A stretch of DNA of 60,142 bases from Candidatus Moraniibacteriota bacterium. GTDB lineage: Bacteria > Patescibacteriota > Minisyncoccia > Moranbacterales > UBA1568. The translations under genes and the position numbers were made by a program. Where the stretch lies: contig CAVZUR010000001.1 of assembly GCA_963778555.1 (NCBI GenBank), positions 1 through 60,142 on the forward strand. The letters are read 5' to 3'. Each line of letters begins with the position of its first letter. Position 1 is the stretch's first letter. The notes below the pieces were generated by a model that ran no database searches, was not told the DNA's origin, and saw only the letters and a program-made list of their open reading frames with translations. Shown here piece by piece: positions 56,783-60,142 of the stretch.

Positions 56783-56807
56783 CATGTACCTAGGGGGGAG
56801 GTACATG
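56783..56807 (+). promoter_or_regulatory. Candidate CsoR-type operator
   Basis: CATGTACCT agggggg AGGTACATG: a 9-bp inverted repeat around a G-tract, immediately downstream of the -10 element. Confidence 0.55.
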
Positions 56808-56865
56808 GAGTGCGAGCTCTCACTCCTCACCTAACCCCTAAACCCTAACCTCTAATACATAGCGT

Positions 56866-57147
56866 ATGCATCACGGTGCTGCCGGTGGGAAAAAACTCTT
56901 GACCAGTTACCGCAAAGCGAAGAGCCTTCTCGAGACCATCGAGGGGATGGTGGCGGCTGACGCCTACTGCATCGATATCATGCAGCAGAATCTTGCCGTC
57001 ATGGGACTGCTCCGGTCGGCCCACAGTCAGCTGATGGAGCAGCATCTCCAGCACTGCTTCCGGACTGCCATGGAATCGGGGAGTGAAAAGAAGAAGCAGC
57101 ACATGATTGACGAGATGCTCGCCGTCACTAATTTCTCGCAGAAATAA
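56866..57147 (+). CDS. CsoR/RcnR/FrmR-family metal-sensing repressor
   Basis: 93 aa, AYCIDIMQQNLAVMGLLRSAHSQLMEQHLQHC. Confidence 0.85.
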   Translation: MHHGAAGGKKLLTSYRKAKSLLETIEGMVAADAYCIDIMQQNLAVMGLLRSAHSQLMEQHLQHCFRTAMESGSEKKKQHMIDEMLAVTNFSQK

Positions 57148-57157
57148 TACCGACCCT

Positions 57158-57298
57158 ATGGCACAGAGAAAAGTCTACATCCGGGGCATGCACTGTCGAT
57201 CGTGTGAACTCCTCCTCGAGGACGATCTCGGAAAGATTACTGGCATCAAGAAGACCTGGAAAAAAGATGGAGGGTCATATGACGAAGGATTTGATTAA
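57158..57298 (+). CDS. Heavy-metal-associated (HMA) domain protein, apparently truncated
   Basis: VYIRGMHCRSCE (GMxCxxC). Only 46 aa are present before the stop. Confidence 0.6.
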   Translation: MAQRKVYIRGMHCRSCELLLEDDLGKITGIKKTWKKDGGSYDEGFD

Positions 57299-57514
57299 TA
57301 CAGCATTGCTCACATTGGCTTGTGCCTGGGCATGGCAGCTTGCTCTGGCATATTCATTTCCCAGGCGCGCAGTGAAGGGATTGAGACTGCCATTGCAGCT
57401 TGCAAGGAAAATCCCAAATGCACCTATAGTGTGCTTGATAGCGACGGCGGACTGTTGTTCAAACTCGAAATTGACGGGGCGCACAAAAATGCTGCGTTGC
57501 TCAGGCGAAGGTAA
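57279..57514 (+). CDS. Small secreted or lipoprotein-like hypothetical (one frame disruption)
   Basis: Signal-like MTKDLINTALLTLACAWAW, continuing in another frame as SQARSEGIETAIAACKENPKC... Confidence 0.3.
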
Positions 57515-57726
57515 ATGCATGAGGGTGATGCCAAGAGGCCAGAAGTACATTGTTTCCGATGTGAAGATAATCCTGAAAGCGAAATAGCAATGCAGGGTCA
57601 TATCGCCCATTGACCCCGGATCTTTGCGCCGCAATGCGAGGAAGTGGAAAGTGGATATGGGCTATGTAGTTCATCAGGGGGACACGCCAGAATCCACTAG
57701 CGTTCTCCGGCCAGCGTTTTTGAACG

Positions 57727-58110
57727 ATGGCGAACAAACCAAAATTCACCGACATGGACGCATATATCGCGTGCTTTCCAAAAGAGGTCCAAAACGTTCT
57801 TGAAAAAATCAGGCAAACTATACGGAAAGCGGCGCCGGACGCGGTTGAAGCCATCAGCTATCAAATTCCCACATTCAAACTGAACAGCAAAAACTGTTCC
57901 ATTTCGCCGCCTGGAAAGACCATATCGGATTTTATCGACGCCTTCCGGCAATGCGGCCTTCAAGAAAGAGCTGGCGCAGTACAAGGTGGCGAAAGGCTCC
58001 ATTCAGTTTCCGCTTGATGAACCCATTCCCTACGATCTAGTGAGGAAAATGGTTTCGTTTCGGGTGAAGGAAACCCAGGTGAAAAAGAAACGAAGCGCTG
58101 ACCAGAACAG
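57727..58110 (+). pseudogene. DUF1801 (YdhG-like) protein, two frame disruptions
   Basis: FTDMDAYIACFPKEVQNVLEKIRQTIRKAAP, LFHFAAWKDHIGFY and KGSIQFPLDEPIPYDLVRKMVSFRV lie in three different frames. Confidence 0.7.
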
Positions 58111-58204
58111 ATTGCCGCGCAACAAAAAAGCCCCCGGTGGAGGAGGCCTTTTCGCTGTTCTGGTGTTTGAGCCAGCAAGGGGAATTACTGACCTTTCGAC
58201 CAGG

Positions 58205-58552
58205 CTATTGCGTGACTGGAGCCGTTGCTGGCGGAGTTGCCGGAACGGTTACCGGCGGAGTGGTCTGTTCCATGGCCGGAGGTGTTGCCGGAGCAGGTTC
58301 GACCGGGTCTGGTGCTATCGTTGTGTTGTTCTGCGTAACCGATGGGACCACCGTCGTGGTGCTCATGTTGTTGGTGTAAAGAAGATAGGCACCGGCGATC
58401 AGCACGATGGCCGCCACAATGTAGGCGATGGTTGACCGGAACCCTTGTTCGACTGGGTGACCTGAATTCCCGGACGCGGCGCAATCGGCGTGATCAAATT
58501 CCAATTCAGCACCGGTTACTGTTTTGGGTTTTGTGTCAGTATAGGTTACCAT
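58205..58552 (-). CDS. Membrane-anchored Pro/Thr-rich hypothetical protein
   Basis: One TM helix (TIAYIVAAIVLIAGAYLLY) and a Pro/Thr-rich tail. Confidence 0.45.
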   Translation of the reverse strand: MVTYTDTKPKTVTGAELEFDHADCAASGNSGHPVEQGFRSTIAYIVAAIVLIAGAYLLYTNNMSTTTVVPSVTQNNTTIAPDPVEPAPATPPAMEQTTPPVTVPATPPATAPVTQ

Positions 58553-58693
58553 TATATTTCTTCCTTCTCGAGGGTTGATGACTGGAGCTTAAACGCGAGG
58601 GCCGGGCAATAATTCCAATGATTGGGGAACGGGAACTCTTTGCCACCTTGCCGCGTTCTGCTGATCAACTGTGTCAAACAGCAGGAGACCATC

Positions 58694-58881
58694 ATGCCAG
58701 CCAAATCCCAAGCCCAGCAGAAAGCCGCCGGTGCCGCCCTTGCGGCCAAACGTGGCGAGGTTCCAAAAGCCAAACTGAAGGGCGCCTCCGCGAGATGTAT
58801 GAGACCATGACGGAAAAGGAACTCGACGACCTGGCAAGCGTCAAACGTTCGAAGCTGCCGGAACATGTCAGCGATGACTAA
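58694..58881 (+). CDS. DUF3008-like small protein (one frame disruption)
   Basis: [32 protein letters not shown], then [17 protein letters not shown] in the adjacent frame. Confidence 0.65.
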
Positions 58882-59303
58882 AGCGATGGATACATTGGGG
58901 AGTCTAGGCTTGATGTTTAAAGGCACCAAGGCCTTCAGCAGTTTCTCGGTTGATGACATGAAGAAAGCGAAGGCGTTTTATTCCGGGATGCTCGGCCTGG
59001 ACGTCAATGAATTCCTGAAGGATTGAGCTACATTTTGCCGGCGGTGGCATTCCGGTTTTTATCTACCATTCAACCGACTATCATGTGCCAGAGCATACGG
59101 TTCTCGATTTCATGGTGGAGATATTCATGCGGCCGTCGACCAGCTTGGTACTCGCGGCGTTCACATGGAACATTACGACCTGCCTCAAATGAAGACGATA
59201 GGAAAGGCATTTGCGGAACGAAGGCGGCGGGATGGGGCCCAAGGCCATAGCCTGGTTCAAGGATCCCGCTGGCCACATTCTTTCTGTGCTCCAAGAGAAG
59301 TGA
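58874..59303 (+). pseudogene. VOC/glyoxalase-family protein, frame disruptions
   Basis: [39 protein letters not shown] and WFKDPAGHILSVLQEK lie in different frames. Confidence 0.6.
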
Positions 59304-59380
59304 ATTGCCGGCTTGCAAACCGGCGCCCTTTCGGACACCGGATTTGTCAGTGAAGCTGTCCGATAGAACAATGGTCTGGG

Positions 59381-59878
59381 CTATCGCACCTGATGCTTCT
59401 TGCCGCTGTAGGCTGTCCAGAGGTTGGTGCGCGGGTTGTAGGAGCGGTAACGGTTGAGGCACCACCTGACATGCTTGCTGCTCACCCCGGCATAGTCATA
59501 ATAGTCATCGTAACCGTCATTATAATCATAATAGTTGTATGCACCATAGCCGCCGCCGATGATCAAGGGCAAGAACAAATATGACCTGTCAAAACGATCA
59601 CGGCGATGCCTGTTGCGATGCTTGTTGTAGCAGCCGCCATTTTTGTAATAGCAGTTGTTGTTGAAATGCTTCTTGTTCCAACTCCCACTGCCGTAGTTAT
59701 TGCCGTAGTCATTTACATTTTTGACCTGAACGATGCCACCGTTGACACCATTCACTTCGCCCGATGCAACTGGTGAAAGGGGAAGCATCGCAGCGGCTGA
59801 GGCGCTGGCACCCGAAAATGCCAAGGTGCTGATGCCCAGCATAGCTCCCAAAATGAGCGTGGTATATTTGTACAACAT
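59381..59878 (-). CDS. BA14K-family secreted protein
   Basis: Signal peptide MLYKYTTLILGAMLGISTLAFSGASASA, a Gly/Asn/Tyr-rich middle, and C-terminal HVRWCLNRYRSYNPRTNLWTAYSGKKHQ. Confidence 0.75.
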   Translation of the reverse strand: MLYKYTTLILGAMLGISTLAFSGASASAAAMLPLSPVASGEVNGVNGGIVQVKNVNDYGNNYGSGSWNKKHFNNNCYYKNGGCYNKHRNRHRRDRFDRSYLFLPLIIGGGYGAYNYYDYNDGYDDYYDYAGVSSKHVRWCLNRYRSYNPRTNLWTAYSGKKHQVR

Positions 59879-60001
59879 GACGTGTCTCCAATTTGCCACG
59901 GTTGAGGAGGCGAAAACGCTTCGCAATCCCACCTGATGGCCCAACACATTAGACGGACAATGTGTTCCAAATCCGGTGGTCACGATTTTGTGTATTTGCA
60001 A

Positions 60002-60142
60002 TTACCTGCGGCTCGCGATCCACAGGAACAACCACACCGCTGCCGATGAGACAGCAGGCAAAGACCGAGTGCTATGTAGAAGCCCCACGATGAGCCAGAC
60101 CAGGGCAGGCCTTCGAAGTTCATGCCGAAGAGGCCTGCGACC
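60002..60142 (-). CDS. CorA-like magnesium/cobalt transporter, C-terminal end (partial, frame disruption)
   Basis: On the - strand: FGMNFEGLPW (GMN motif), then a TM helix ending ...LFLWIASRR in a shifted frame. Confidence 0.55.
   Translation of the reverse strand, partial: GRRPLRHELRRPALVWLIVGLLHSTRSLPAVSSAAVWLFLWIASRR

Noticed and set aside
56829-56856. A telomere-like run: CCTAACCCCTAAACCCTAACCTCTAA.
   Set aside because: There are only about four degenerate units, located inside a promoter-to-start-codon spacer. This is most likely chance or part of the csoR leader.

Overview
The gene content (my inference, not a database result) fits a small-genome, CPR/Patescibacteria-like bacterium. 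Left to right:
- 2-6221: 3' part of a giant Thr/Gly/Ala-rich surface protein, with 315-bp tandem repeats and a glycine-rich tail-fibre-like domain.
- 6.8-18.8 kb: envelope and sugar-modification genes.
- 18.9-22.1 kb: the classical dnaG-rpoD pair.
- 22.8-23.9 kb: NUDIX hydrolase and M15 peptidase.
- 24031-24313: a tRNA split by a group I intron.
- 24.3-30.5 kb: a visibly more AT-rich block of small stress-type genes.
- 29.2-32.5 kb: Cys-repeat and thrombospondin-like secreted proteins.
- 32.5-40.7 kb: histidine kinase, SWIB and SET domain proteins, a GspE-type ATPase and a pilin.
- 41.1-56.2 kb: a tightly packed glycan-assembly operon.
- 56.3-60.1 kb: a compositionally different right end (CsoR, HMA, DUF1801, DUF3008, VOC, BA14K, CorA).

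The strongest unexplained signal is a pair of diverged ~370-nt intergenic elements, 6303-6674 on + and 16501-16873 on -. They keep at least five helices and a loop-loop interaction through compensatory substitutions. Their core is inverted relative to flanks that run in the same direction at both loci. I could not place them in any RNA family I know.

Many genes, including the essential dnaG and rpoD, carry single-base frame disruptions. Where internal repeats give a reference, the change is a one-base difference in a short run. I therefore read most of them as assembly indels rather than biology.

No rRNA, CRISPR array, transposase or integrase was seen.
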